DNA of 64,000 bases from the NCBI GenBank assembly GCA_032718475.1, contig JAUCBJ010001164.1, forward strand, positions 13,743 through 77,742, read 5' to 3'. The stretch is from Nemertoderma westbladi (taxonomy: Eukaryota; Animalia; Xenacoelomorpha). Under the pieces are notes generated by a model. That model was given only the letters and a program-made list of their open reading frames with translations. It had not been told where the DNA came from and did no database searches. Position numbers and translations under genes: made by a program. Position 1 is the stretch's first letter, and every line of letters begins with the position of its first letter. Positions 1 to 55,500 of this stretch are shown here, one piece after another.

Positions 1-200
1 TATAATTTAGTTGCCTACTTCTTAAGTTGATATTACTTTTGGCAATTTTGTGAATTTAATATCCATTTGATATTGCAACAGTGAATATTATGAACCAATT
101 TCTCCGCTTAAAATACATAAGAAGGGGTAAAGATGTGGAATTGATTCGAAAGTATCAAATATTATCATTTGGAAAAATTTCATAATTGTATAACATTATC

Positions 201-347
201 CGACATCATTACTTTATTCCCTGTCAGCCTGTAGGTTTTGTGTTACGACATTATTACTTTATTTCCTGTTGGTGTTATGTTGCGACAATATTACTTTATT
301 TCCTGTAGGTGTTAATGTTGCGACATTTTTACTTTATTTCCCTGTAG

Positions 348-358
<11 letters not shown>
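201..358 (+). repeat. 4 degenerate ~38-bp copies of the exon A acceptor junction
   Basis: Unit ~CGACAnnnTTACTTTATTTCCTGTAG|GTGTTATGTTG. Confidence 0.85.
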
Positions 359-40073
<39,715 letters not shown>

Positions 40074-40299
40074 GGACCTCAGCCGGAAGACGAATGCGAT
40101 TATAGGAATTCTATTCAATCAATATAACTTTTATGGTTTAAATAACTCAAAAATCATTAATTTGGTCAGGAACTCGACATACTTATTTCATTCCAACATT
40201 ATGACTTTATGATGCCGCTTTTAATTTTCAGTAATTCATGACGAGTAGGGGCCTAATTAACTAACTATCTTATTAATTAAGGAATCACATGCGTTTAAC

Positions 40300-40305
40300 A
40301 ATAAA
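40300..40305 (+). terminator. Candidate ferlin polyadenylation signal
   Basis: AATAAA about 230 nt after the stop; AT-rich context makes it weak evidence. Confidence 0.35.
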
Positions 40306-42405
40306 TGTATATATATTATTATATAATAATCATATTTTTTAGTTTGTAAATTTTATTGAAATTTTATTTCGATTTTAGATATTTATTTCGGATAGTTGTA
40401 AAATTCCTAAATGTCTATGTAATAACGAATATATTATTTGAGAGAATATCGGAATTATCAAACAATCTGCGCCAGTTGGATCATTTGACGATAATCCATT
40501 ATAAAATACTGTGTGTTGATTGGTTGCTGTGTGTGCACGGTAAGCCAATGAGGAATTGACTAATTATCAACTCACCGAATTTTACCATTCACGATTTTAC
40601 CATCATACAGTCAGGCATTTAGTCCCAGTAACAATCTTTGGAGATATCGTTTGATATTATTAAATTATTTTTTGGGTCCGAAATGAGGCGAAATTATCGG
40701 ATATATTAAATTCAAGTAATGTAATGTAATGCGTATGTTTTATAATTTCGACATTTTTTTTTTATTATTTTCACAATTTTTGACTTATTCGAGTTTTATA
40801 ACTATCCATTTATTTCAGGGCTACAGGTGTTTATGTTCGAAAATAGGTTGAAGCCATTATTTAAATATTAGCTTTGTGCTATTATTATTGTTGTGATCAC
40901 CAGTTAGCTACCGTGCCTATTGTACATTAGAAGGAGGTATAATATTAAATAATTCACTCGCCAATATTACATTTTATTGAAATTTCTCCAATATATTTTC
41001 TTCTTCAATCTAATTAATAGTTTTCACGGAATCGTAATTTAGAGATTTACAACAATCATGTGGGGCGAACCAGAATTTCGAGCCATCAGCGAACTGTTAT
41101 AATTACACTATGACTGTTTCCCAAATGTCTGTGTGTGTGGGTATGTCGGAAGCCAAATATTCATTATGCCTCTTGACTCAAACTACACACATACTCAACC
41201 CCATTTGTTACATTATAATTATTGTACTACACGAATCGAATGTTATGTTATAACAAAGATTTTAAAGATATTATCGCAACGTGTTAGTTAATGTCATCTT
41301 TTAAATATTGAACACCTTGAATACTACTACTACTACTACTAGGTCGAGCGAACTCGGGCAGTGGAAATGAGATCCTTCCAAGCTTCCCGATTCCCCATTG
41401 TTGTCGCAATTTTCGAGTTCAAGTAGTAGTAGTATTACTTCAACTCAGTTCACTTGAATAGGTGATAATTAATAGATGTTCTACATTATTATATGTTACT
41501 CCTGGTCTACTACCAAAAACCCTATTGTAGGTCTAATATTCAACATTATTATTAAACGATAAATAAGTCAAAGAAACCGGAAATTTATTAGCTAAAGATA
41601 ATTAGATAAATAAAATACAATTCCGAAAGAGATTAAATACAATAACCATTAAAAAGATTAGAAGAAAATTATTTTAATACATTTACCAAACTATACAAAT
41701 AATCTGTCACACACCACCACCACACGTGCATTGTCTACAAAGTTTTATATACATTTGCAATGTGAAATACAAAATGGAATGATTAATTTTACAAATTTAG
41801 GCAAAACGATTAAACAAAATTGTAATAATAGAAATAATAATAATACTCATATATAGCGCCTTACCTAAATAACACTTAATAATGTTGTTTTGAATTAAAT
41901 CTCAGGATTTGAACTTTTAAATAAACCAACTGATTATCAAGTAAGTCCATTTCTTGTGGTTGGTTTTCGAAAAAAATAAAAACCGTCGCTTTTTATTAGC
42001 GACCTTATATATTGTAGTTTCTTGTTCTAGTTTTGTCTATCAGTTAATCGATACAGATTTAGGGAATTATTGCTAATATTTACATTTACAAAGAATAATA
42101 ATTATATGAGCAAAATAATAATTATTTTTTATTACTTAAATAATTTTTTCACTATTCTCGAGGGACTTTATTTACTGAGCGTCAGAGAGGTTAATAAATT
42201 GTCAAGAATATTGAAAAAAAGTTCTACGTTTTTTCCCCCATGTAGGCTACAATACGTAATTTTATTCTTAAATTGGTACTTTTTTGTTGCTTAAATTCTT
42301 TAATAAAACGTAGAACGAAATACATTTACAAAATTGAAATGTAGTATTTTTTTTTACTATATTGCTTCCATAGTTACTGCAATTCAAATTAGTGTACTTT
42401 TCAAC

Positions 42406-42435
42406 CATGGCCTACTATATATATAGTAGGCCATG
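42406..42435. repeat. Perfect 30-bp palindrome, possible P-like transposon footprint
   Basis: CATGGCCTACTATAT|ATATAGTAGGCCATG flanked by TTTCAAC / CTTCAAC. Confidence 0.7.
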
Positions 42436-42862
42436 CTTCAACTTCTGATGCTACCTTTCTCAATGTTAAATAATTTAGTGTTCTCGAATATTTATTACGT
42501 AACTAGAGAACCGCTTAACAACATAAACCAATATTGGATATTGAGTTCCGTTTTGGAATTCGTTTTGCAGACACTAAAGTTGCAATAAACATGAATGAAC
42601 ACATAAAAAATTACATTCCGCTGGGTTAAATATTTTTACAATTTGTTAAATAGTTAAAAATAAGTTGAAAAAGTGAAATCAATGCAAACCTATAAATGGG
42701 TTATTTTTTCCCTAAGGAAAATATTACTAATTTTTGTCCGATTTGGGGGTATATTCGGGCGGAAAAGAAACAATTTAAGAATAATATCTTTCAAATATCA
42801 AATATGATACAATAAATAACTATATGTGATTATCTTATAATAGGCCTGAAGTTCTAATATTT

Positions 42863-42953
42863 TCATTTCAACTTTGATCCAGTTACGTAACCAGTTCCGT
42901 CTCCACGTTCCTCTCTTCCTTCAATTCCTTTTCCTTTTCCTTCAGCATCAAAC
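42863..42953 (-). CDS. TPPP: TPPP terminal exon (FDAEGKGKGIEGR...GYVTGSKLK*)
   Basis: minus strand tattag|; 91 nt ending in TGA; GxGxGxxGR motif. Confidence 0.93.
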
Positions 42954-45900
42954 CTAATAACGAAATCAATTAATTGTTTAATCAAATCGACGTAGAAATT
43001 ACGTTAAAATTACATACGTGTACAGAGTTATTCATGGTAAGACACTGTACAGAGTTATTCATGGTAAGACACTGTACAGAGTTATTCATGGTAAGACACT
43101 GTACAGAGTTATTCATGGTAAGACACTGTACAGAGTTATTCATGGTAAGATACTGTACAGAGTTATTCATGGTAAGACACTGTACAGAGTTATTAATGGT
43201 AAGACACTGTACAGAGTTATTCATGGTAAGACACTGTACAGAGTTATTCATGGTAAGATACTGTACAGAGTTATTCATGGTAAGATACTGTACAGAGTTA
43301 TTCATGGTAAGATACTGTACAGAGTTATTCATGGTAAGATACTGTACAGAGTTATTCATGGTAAGATACTGTACAGAGTTATTCATGGTAAGATACTGTA
43401 CAGAGTTATTCATGGTAAGATACTGTACAGAGTTATTCATGGTAAGATACTGTACAGAGTTATTCATGGTAAGATACTGTACAGAGTTATTCATGGTAAG
43501 ATACTGTACAGAGTTATTCATGGTAAGATACTGTACAGAGTTATTCATGGTAAGATACTGTACAGAGTTATTCACGGTAAGATACTGTACAGAGTTATTC
43601 ATGGTAAGATACTGTACAGAGTTATTCATGGTAAGATACTGTACAGAGTTATTCATGGCAAGATACTGTACAGAGTTATTCATGGTAAGATACTGTACAG
43701 AGTTATTCATGGTAAGATACTGTACAGAGTTATTCATGGTAAGATACTGTACAGAGTTATTCATGGTAAGATACTGTACAGAGTTATTCATGGTAAGATA
43801 CAGTACAGAGTTATTCATGGTAAGATACTGTACAGAGTTATTCATGGTAAGATACTGTACAGAGTTATTCATGGTAAGATACTGTACAGAGTTATTCATG
43901 GTAAGATACTGTACAGAGTTATTCATGGTAAGATACTGTACAGAGTTATTCATGGTAAGATACTGTACAGAGTTATTCATGGTAAGATACTGTACAGAGT
44001 TATTCATGGTAAGATACTGTACAGAGTTATTCATGGTAAGATACTGTACAGAGTTATTCATGGTAAGATACTGTACAGAGTTATTCATGGTAAGACACTG
44101 TACAGAGTTATTCATGGTAAGATACTGTACAGAGTTATTCATGGTAAGATACTGTACAGAGTTATTCATGGTAAGACACTGTACAGAGTTATTCATGGTA
44201 AGACACTGTACAGAGTTATTCATGGTAAGATACTGTACAGAGTTATTCATGGTAAGACACTGTACAGAGTTATTCATGGTAAGATACTGTACAGAGTTAT
44301 TCATGGTAAGATACTGTACAGAGTTATTCATGGTAAGACACTGTACAGAGTTATTCATGGTAAGACACTGTACAGAGTTATTCATGGTAAGACACTGTAC
44401 AGAGTTATTCATGGTAAGATACTGTACAGAGTTATTCATGGTAAGACACTGTACAGAGTTATTCATGGTAAGACACTGTACAGAGTTATTCATGGTAAGA
44501 CACTGTACAGAGTCATTCATGGTAAGATACTGTACAGAGTTATTCATGGTAAGACACTGTACAGAGTTATTCATGGTAAGATACTGTACAGAGTTATTCA
44601 TGGTAAGATACTGTACAGAGTTATTCATGGTAAGATACTGTACAGAGTTATTCATGGTAAGATACTGTACAGAGTTATTCATGGTAAGACACTGTACAGA
44701 GTTATTCATGGTAAGATACTGTACAGAGTTATTCATGGTAAGACACTGTACAGAGTTATTCATGGTAAGACACTGTACAGAGTTATTCATGGTAAGATAC
44801 TGTACAGAGTTATTCATGGTAAGAAACTGTACAGAGTTATTCATGGTAAGATACTGTACAGAGTTATTCATGGTAAGATACTGTACAGAGTTATTCATGG
44901 TAAGATACTGTACAGAGTTATTCATGGTAAGATACTGTACAGAGTTATTCATGGTAAGACACTGTACAGAGTTATTCATGGTAAGATACTGTACAGAGTT
45001 ATTCATGGTAAGATACTGTACAGAGTTATTCATGGTAAGATACTGTACAGAGTTATTTATGGTAAGACACTGTACAGAGTTATTCATGGTAAGATACTGT
45101 ACAGAGTTATTCATGGTAAGACACTGTACAGAGTTATTCATGGTAAGATACTGTACAGAGTTATTCATGGTAAGATACTGTACAGAGTTATTCATGGTAA
45201 GATACTGTACAGAGTTATTCATGGTAAGATACTGTACAGAGTTATTCATGGTAAGATACTGTACAGAGTTATTCATGGTAAGATACTGTACAGAGTTATT
45301 CATGGTAAGACACTGTACAGAGTTATTCATGGTAAGATACTGTACAGAGTTATTCATGGTAAGATACTGTACAGAGTTATTCATGGTAAGATACTGTACA
45401 GAGTTATTTATGGTAAGACACTGTACAGAGTTATTCATGGTAAGATAATGTACAGAGTTATTCATGGTAAGATAATGTACAGAGTTATTCATGGTAAGAT
45501 ACTGTACAGAGTTATTCATGGTAAGATACTGTACAGAGTTATTCATGGTAAGATACTGTACAGAGTTATTTATGGTAAGACACTGTACAGAGTTATTCAT
45601 GGTAAGATAATGTACAGAGTTATTCATGGTAAGATACTGTACAGAGTTATTCATGGTAAGACACTGTACAGAGTTATTCATGGTAAGATACTGTACGATA
45701 ATCCATTACAATTAATGGCTCCCTTAAAAGCAAAGCTTATGAAACAGCGGACTAACTTTTATGATTGCATGCAATTAAGACTAAAATGAAAAGCGTCGTT
45801 GTAAATTTAGTTTCATAGAATTTAAAAAAATAGCAAAATATTTGCCAGTTTCTCTACCTACCACGGTAAATACAAGCAACAACATCTGTTAAATATTCCC

Positions 45901-46502
45901 GGTCCAAAATTCAAATTCACTTTATTTCACCCCGACTTGGAAATATAGTTAATTTGGAACTGCTGTATGAAATATACCGTAAATTTTTGTCTGGATTTTA
46001 ATCCGGATTAAATATTAGATGTTACGAATTTCGGTATAACATTTGTGAGTAATTAACATAAGAGACCTGCGCTGAAACAATTTCCAGCACAATTTATTAT
46101 TTGAGGTTAAGGTACCTTTCTTTGTGAGCGCCGGTGTATCCTTTAGTATCCGTCAGTCTCCCTGTGACACCGGTGTCTGCACCCTTTGTGGTACCTTTCA
46201 TGGATGGAGATTTTAAGCTTTCTAGAACAACAACATACGGTAATATGGTATTATGTTAAAAACAGAACAGAGAAACGGGTGTAGATAAATTACAAAGGGC
46301 GATGATGAATCAAATCTTAAGGAATACAACGATTTAATTTAATTTTCAGTTCGGTTGTAATGTTAATAAAATATTATCCGTAAGTAGTTTAAACTCACCA
46401 ACAACTTTTTTGTAGTTCTCTTCATTATCCTCGCCGTATCTGGCTTTAGCAGCTTGATGGAGACTCTTCTCGAATCCGGCGTAGTTCACATTCCTACCGG
46501 TT
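42863..46502 (-). CDS. TPPP: TPPP/p25-alpha family tubulin polymerization-promoting protein, last three exons; N-terminal exon(s) not found in the window
   Basis: Spliced product TGRNVNYAGFEKSLHQAAKARYGEDNEENYKKVVE-SLKSPSMKGTTKGADTGVTGRLTDTKGYTGAHKER-FDAEGKGKGIEGREERGDGTGYVTGSKLK* carries the TPPP RLTD...YTG.HKERFD..GKGKG..GR...GYV.G signature. Confidence 0.93.
43018..45696. repeat. 27-bp minisatellite in the last TPPP intron, about 99 copies
   Basis: Unit TGTACAGAGTTATTCATGGTAAGA(T/C)AC. Confidence 0.99.
46116..46221 (-). CDS. TPPP: TPPP exon (SLKSPSMKGTTK...RLTDTKGYTGAHKER)
   Basis: minus strand ttctag| ... |gtacct; 106 nt, phase 1-2. Confidence 0.93.
46399..46502 (-). CDS. TPPP: TPPP exon (TGRNVNYAGFEK...NYKKVV)
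   Basis: minus strand ttttag| ... |gtgagt; 104 nt, phase 2-1. Confidence 0.88.
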
Positions 46503-46598
46503 CTAAAATTGAAATAGTTGAAATAGTCATAATTATTAATTTTTAATTATTACCTTAATTAATTACAATAATAATTAATTATCACCTTATTATTCCCT

Positions 46599-49500
46599 GA
46601 CAAACTTACTATACACAACACAAACTTACTATACACAACACAAACTTACTATACACAACACAAACTTACTATACACAACACAAACTTACTATACACAATA
46701 GAAACTTACTATACACAACAGAAACTTACTATACACAACACAAACTTACTAAACACAACAGAAACTTACTATACATAATATAATACAACACAAACTTACT
46801 ATGCACGATACAAACTTACTATACACAACACAAACTTACTCTACCCAACACAAACTTACTATACATAATACAAACTTACTATACACAAGACAAACGTACT
46901 ATACACAACACAAACTTACTATATATAATACAACACAAACTTACTATACACAACACAAACTTACTATACACAACACAAACTTACTATACAGAACACAAAC
47001 TTACTATACACAACACAAACTTACTATACATAATACAAACTTACTATACACAAGACAAACTTACTATACACAACACAAACTTACTATATAAAATACAACA
47101 CAAACTTACTATACACAACACAAACTTACTATACATAATACAAACTTACTATACACAACACAAACGTACTATACACAACACAAACTTACTATACACAACA
47201 CAAACTTACTATACATAATACAAACTACTATACACAACACAAACTTACTATACACAACACAAACTTACTATACACAACAGAAACTTACTATACATAATAC
47301 AACACAAACTTACTATGCACGATACAAACTTACTATACACAAGACAAACTTACTATACACAACACAAACTTACTATAAATAATACAACACAAACTTACTA
47401 TACACAACACAAACTTACTATACATAATACAAACTTACTATACACAACACAAACTTATTATACACAACACAAACTTACTATACACAACACAAACTTACTA
47501 TACATAATACAAACTTACTATGCACAAACTTACTATACACAAACTCACTATACTCAACACAAACTTACTATCAACACAAACTTACTATACACAACACAAA
47601 CTTACTATACACAACACAAACTTACTATACATAATACAAACTTACTATCCACGATACAAACTTACTATACACAACACAAACTTACTATACTCAACACAAA
47701 CTTACTATATACAACACAAACTTACTATACACAACACAAACTTACTATACACAACACAAACTTACTATACACAACACAAACTTACTATACACAACACAAA
47801 CTTACTATACAAAACACAAACTTACTATACACAACACAAACTTACTCTACACAACACAAACTTACTATACACAACACAAACTTACTATACATAACACAAA
47901 CCTACTATACACAACACAAACTTACTATACACAACACAAACTTAGTATACACAACACAAACTTACTATACACAACACAAACTTACTATACACAACACAAA
48001 CTTACTATACACAACACAAACTTACTATACACAACACAAACTTACTATACACAACACAAACTTACTATACCCAACACAAACTTACTATACACAACACAAA
48101 CTTACTATACACAACACAAACTTACTATACAGAACACAAACTTACTATACACAACACAAACTTACTATACACAACACAAACTTACTATACACAACACAAA
48201 CTTACTATACACAACACAAACTTACTATACCCAACACAAACTTACTATACACAACACAAACTTACTATACACAACACAAACTTACTATACAGAACACAAA
48301 CTTACTATACACAAGACAAACTTACTATACACTACACAAACTTACTATACAGAACACAAACTTACTATACACAACACAAACTTACTATACACAACACAAA
48401 CTTACTATACCCAACACAAACTTACTATACACAACACAAACTTACTATACACAACACAAACTTACTATACAGAACACAAACTTACTATACACAACACAAA
48501 CTTACTATACACAACACAAACTTACTATACAGAACACAAACTTACTATACAGAACACAAACTTACTATACACAACACAAACTTACTAAACACAACACAAA
48601 CCTACTATACACAACACAAACTTACTATACATAATACAAACTTACTATACACAACACAAACTTACTATACACAACACAAACGTACTATACACAACACAAA
48701 CTTACTATACACAACACAAACTTACTATACACAACACAAACGTACTATAAACAACACAAACTTACTATACACAACACAAACTTACTATACACAACACAAA
48801 CTTAATATACACAACACAAACTTACTATACACAACACAAACTTACTATACACAACACAAACTTACTATACATAATACAAACTTACTATGCACAAACTTAC
48901 TATACTCAACACAAACTTACTATACACAACACAAACTTACTATACACAACACAAACTTACTATACATAATACAAACTTACTATACACAACACAAACTTAC
49001 TATACACAACACAAACTTACTATACACAACACAAACTTACTATACACAACACAAACTTACTATACATAATACAAACTTACTATACACAACACAAACTTAC
49101 AATACACAACACAAACTTACTATACACAACACAAACTTACTATACATAATACAACACAAACTTACTATACACAACACAAACTTACTATACATAATACAAC
49201 ACAAACTTACTATACATAATACAAACTTACTATACACAACACAAACTTACTATACATAATACAAACTTACTATCAACACAAACTTACTATACACAACACA
49301 AACTTACTATACATAATACAACAAAAACTTACTATACATAATACAAACTTACTATCAACACAAACTTACTATACACAACACAAACTTACTATACATAATA
49401 CAACAAAAACTTACTATACATAATACAAACTTACTATCAACACAAACTTACTATACATAATACAAACTTACTATCAACACAAACTTACTATACATAATAC

Positions 49501-52500
49501 AAACTTACTATCAACACAAACTTACTATACATAATACAAACTTACTATCAACACAAACTTACTATACACAACACAAACTTACTATACATAATACAAACTT
49601 ACTATCAACACAAACTTACTATACACAACACAAACTTACTATACATAATACAACAAAAACTTACTATACATAATACAAACTTACTATCAACACAAACTTA
49701 CTATACACAACACAAACTTACTATACATAATACAACAAAAACTTACTATACATAATACAAACTTACTATCAACACAAACTTACTATACATAATACAAACT
49801 TACTATCAACACAAACTTACTATACATAATACAAACTTACTATACACAACACAAACTTACTATACATAATACAAACTTACTATCAACACAAACTTACTAT
49901 ACACAACACAAACTTACTATACATAATACAACAAAAACTTACTATACATAATACAAACTTACTATCAACACAAACTTACTATACACAACACAAACTTACT
50001 ATACATAATACAACAAAAACTTACTATACATAATACAAACTTACTATCAACACAAACTTACTATACATAATACAAACTTACTATCAACACAAACTTACTA
50101 TACATAATACAAACTTACTATCAACACAAACTTACTATACATAATACAAACTTACTATCAACACAAACTTACTATACACAACACAAACTTACTATACATA
50201 ATACAACAAAAACTTACTATACATAATACAAACTTACTATCAACACAAACTTACTATACACAACACAAACTTACTATACATAATACAACACAAACTTACT
50301 ATACATAATACAACACAAACTTACTATACATAATACAACACAAACTTACTACACACTACACAAACTTACTATACACAACACAAACTTACTATACATAATA
50401 CAAACTTACTATACACAACACAAACTTACTATACACAACACAAACTTACTATACACAACACAAACTTACTATACATAATACAACACAAACTTACTATACA
50501 CAACACAAACTTACTATACATAATACAACAAAAACTTACTATACATAATACAAACTTACTATACACAACACAAACTTACTATACATAATACAAACTTACT
50601 ATCAACACAAACTTACTATACACAACACAAACTTACTATACATAATACAACACAAACTTACTATACACAACACAAACTTACTATACACAACACAAACTTA
50701 CTATACATAATACAACACAAACTTGCTATACACAACACAAACTTACTATACACAACACAAAATTACTATACATAATACAACACAAACTTACTATACACAA
50801 CACAAACTTAATATACATAATACAAACTTACTATACAAGACACAAACTTACTATACACAACACAAACTTACTATACACAACACAAACTTACTATACATAA
50901 CACAAACTTACTATACATAATACAAACTTACTATACTCAACACAAACTTACTATACAGAACACAAACCTACTATACACAACACAAACTTAATATACATAA
51001 TACAAACTTACTATACACAACACAAACTTACTATACACAACACAAACTTACTATACACAACACAAACTTACTATACATAATACAAACTTACTATACACAA
51101 CACAAACTTACTATACACAACACAAACTTACTATACACAACACAAACTTACTATACATAATACAACACAAACTTACTATACACAACACAAACTTACTATA
51201 CATAATACAACACAAACTTACTATACATAATACAAACTTACTATACACAACACAAACTTACTATACATAATACAAACTTACTATCAACACAAACTTACTA
51301 TACACAACACAAACTTACTATACATAATACAACACAAACTTACTATACACAACACAAACTTACTATACACAACACAAACTTACTATACATAATACAAACT
51401 TACTATACACAACACAAACTTACTATACACAACACAAACTTACTATACACAACACAAACTTACTATACATAATACAACACAAACTTACTATACACTACAC
51501 AAACTTACTATACACAACACAAACTTACTATACATAATACAACACAAACTTACTATACATAATACAAACTTACTATACACAACACAAACTTACTATACAT
51601 AATACAAACTTACTATCAACACAAACTTACTATACACAACACAAACTTACTATACATAATACAACACAAACTTACTATACATAATACAACACAAACTTAC
51701 TATACACTACACAAACTTACTATACACAACACAAACTTACTATACATAATACAAACTTACTATACACAACACAAACTTACTATACACAACACAAACTTAC
51801 TATACACAACACAAACTTACTATACATAATACAACACAAACTTACTATACACAACACAAACTTACTATACATAATACAACAAAAACTTACTATACATAAT
51901 ACAAACTTACTATACACAACACAAACTTACTATACATAATACAAACTTACTATCAACACAAACTTACTATACACAACACAAACTTACTATACATAATACA
52001 ACACAAACTTACTATACACAACACAAACTTACTATACACAACACAAACTTACTATACATAATACAACACAAACTTGCTATACACAACACAAACTTACTAT
52101 ACACAACACAAACTTACTATACATAATACAACACAAACTTACTATACACAACACAAACTTAATATACATAATACAAACTTACTATACACAACACAAACTT
52201 ACTATACACAACACAAACTTACTATACACAACACAAACTTACTATACATAACACAAACTTACTATACATAATACAAACTTACTATACTCAACACAAACTT
52301 ACTATACAGAACACAAACCTACTATACACAACACAAACTTAATATACATAATACAAACTTACTATACACAACACAAACTTACTATACACAACACAAACTT
52401 ACTATACACAACACAAACTTACTATACATAATACAAACTTACTATACACAACACAAACTTACTATACACAACACAAACTTACTATACACAACACAAACTT

Positions 52501-55500
52501 ACTATACATAATACAACACAAACTTACTATACACAACACAAACTTACTATACATAATACAACACAAACTTACTATACATAATACAAACTTACTATACACA
52601 ACACAAACTTACTATACATAATACAAACTTACTATCAACACAAACTTACTATACACAACACAAACTTACTATACATAATACAACACAAACTTACTATACA
52701 CAACACAAACTTACTATACACAACACAAACTTACTATACATAATACAAACTTACTATACACAACACAAACTTACTATACACAACACAAACTTACTATACA
52801 CAACACAAACTTACTATACACAACACAAACTTACTATACATAATACAACACAAACTTACTATACACTACACAAACTTACTATACACAACACAAACTTACT
52901 ATACATAATACAAACTTACTATACACAACACAAACTTACTATACACAACACAAACTTACTATACACAACACAAACTTACTATACATAATACAACACAAAC
53001 TTACTATACACAACACAAACTTACTATACATAATACAACAAAAACTTACTATACATAATACAAACTTACTATACACAACACAAACTTACTATACATAATA
53101 CAAACTTACTATCAACACAAACTTACTATACACAACACAAACTTACTATACATAATACAACACAAACTTACTATACACAACACAAACTTACTATACACAA
53201 CACAAACTTACTATACATAATACAACACAAACTTGCTATACACAACACAAACTTACTATACACAACACAAACTTACTATACATAATACAACACAAACTTA
53301 CTATACACAACACAAACTTAATATACATAATACAAACTTACTATACACAACACAAACTTACTATACACAACACAAACTTACTATACACAACACAAACTTA
53401 CTATACATAACACAAACTTACTATACATAATAAAAACTTACTATACTCAACACAAACTTACTATACAGAACACAAACCTACTATACACAACACAAACTTA
53501 ATATACATAATACAAACTTACTATACACAACACAAACTTACTATACACAACACAAACTTACTATACACAACACAAACTTACTATACATAATACAAACTTA
53601 CTATACACAACACAAACTTACTATACACAACACAAACTTACTATACACAACACAAACTTACTATACATAATACAACACAAACTTACTATACACAACACAA
53701 ACTTACTATACATAATACAACACAAACTTACTATACATAATACAAACTTACTATACACAACACAAACTTACTATACATAATACAAACTTACTATCAACAC
53801 AAACTTACTATACACAACACAAACTTACTATACATAATACAACACAAACTTACTATACACAACACAAACTTACTATACACAACACAAACTTACTATACAT
53901 AATACAAACTTACTATACACAACACAAACTTACTATACACAACACAAACTTACTATACACAACACAAACTTACTATACATAATACAACACAAACTTACTA
54001 TACACAACACAAACTTACTATACATAATACAACACAAACTTACTATACATAATACAAACTTACTATACACAACACAAACTTACTATACACAACACAAACT
54101 TACTACATAATACAACACAAACTTACTATACACAACACAAACTTACTATACACAACACAAACTTACTATACATAATACAACACAAACTTGCTATACACAA
54201 CACAAACTTACTATACACAACACAAACTTACTATACATAATACAACACAAACTTACTATACACAACACAAACTTAATATACATAATACAAACTTACTATA
54301 CACAACACAAACTTACTATACACAACACAAACTTACTATACACAACAGAAACTTACTATACATAATACAACACAAACTTACTATGCACGATACAAACTTA
54401 CTATACACAACACAAACTTACTATACACAACAGAAACTTACTATACACAACACAAACTTACTATACACAACACAAACTTTCTATACACAACAGAAACTTA
54501 CTATACACAACACAAACTTACTATACACAACACAAACTTACTATACACAACAGAAACTTACTATACACAACAGAAACTTACTATACATAATACAACACAA
54601 ACTTACTATGCACGATACAAACTTACTATACACAACACAAACTTACTATACACAACAGAAACTTACTATACATAATACAACACAAACTTACTATGAACGA
54701 TACAAACTTACTATACACAAGACAAACTTACTATACACAACACAAACTTACTATATATAATACAACACAAACTTACTATACACAACACAAACTTACTATA
54801 CATAATACAAACTTACTATACACAACACAAACTTACTATACACAACACAAAATTACTATACACAACACAAACTTACTATACATAATACAAACTTACTATG
54901 CACAAACTTACTATACACAAACTCACTATACACATGACAAACTTACTATCAACACAAACTTACTATACACAACACAAACTTACTATACACAACACAAACT
55001 TACTATACATAATACAAACTTACTATCCACGATACAAACTTACTATACACAACACAAACTTACTATACACAACACAAACTTACTATATACAACACAAACT
55101 TACTATACACAACACAAACTTACTATACACAACACAAACTTACTATACACAACACAAACTTACTATACACAACACAAACTTACTATACACAACACAAACT
55201 TACTATACACAACAAAAACTTACTCTACACAACACAAACTTACTATACACAACACAAACTTACTATACAGAACACAAACTTACTATACACAACACAAACT
55301 TACTATACATAATACAAACTTACTATACACAAGACAAACGTACTATACACAACACAAACTTACTATATATAATACAACACAAACTTACTATACACAACAC
55401 AAACTTACTATACACAACACAAACTTACTATACAGAACACAAACTTACTATACACAACACAAACTTACTATACATAATACAAACTTACTATACACAACAC

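Noticed and set aside
42974-45789. 824-, 899- and 923-aa ORFs in three frames
   Set aside because: They are translations of a 27-bp unit that happens to lack stops; no unique coding sequence, and the array lies in the TPPP intron.
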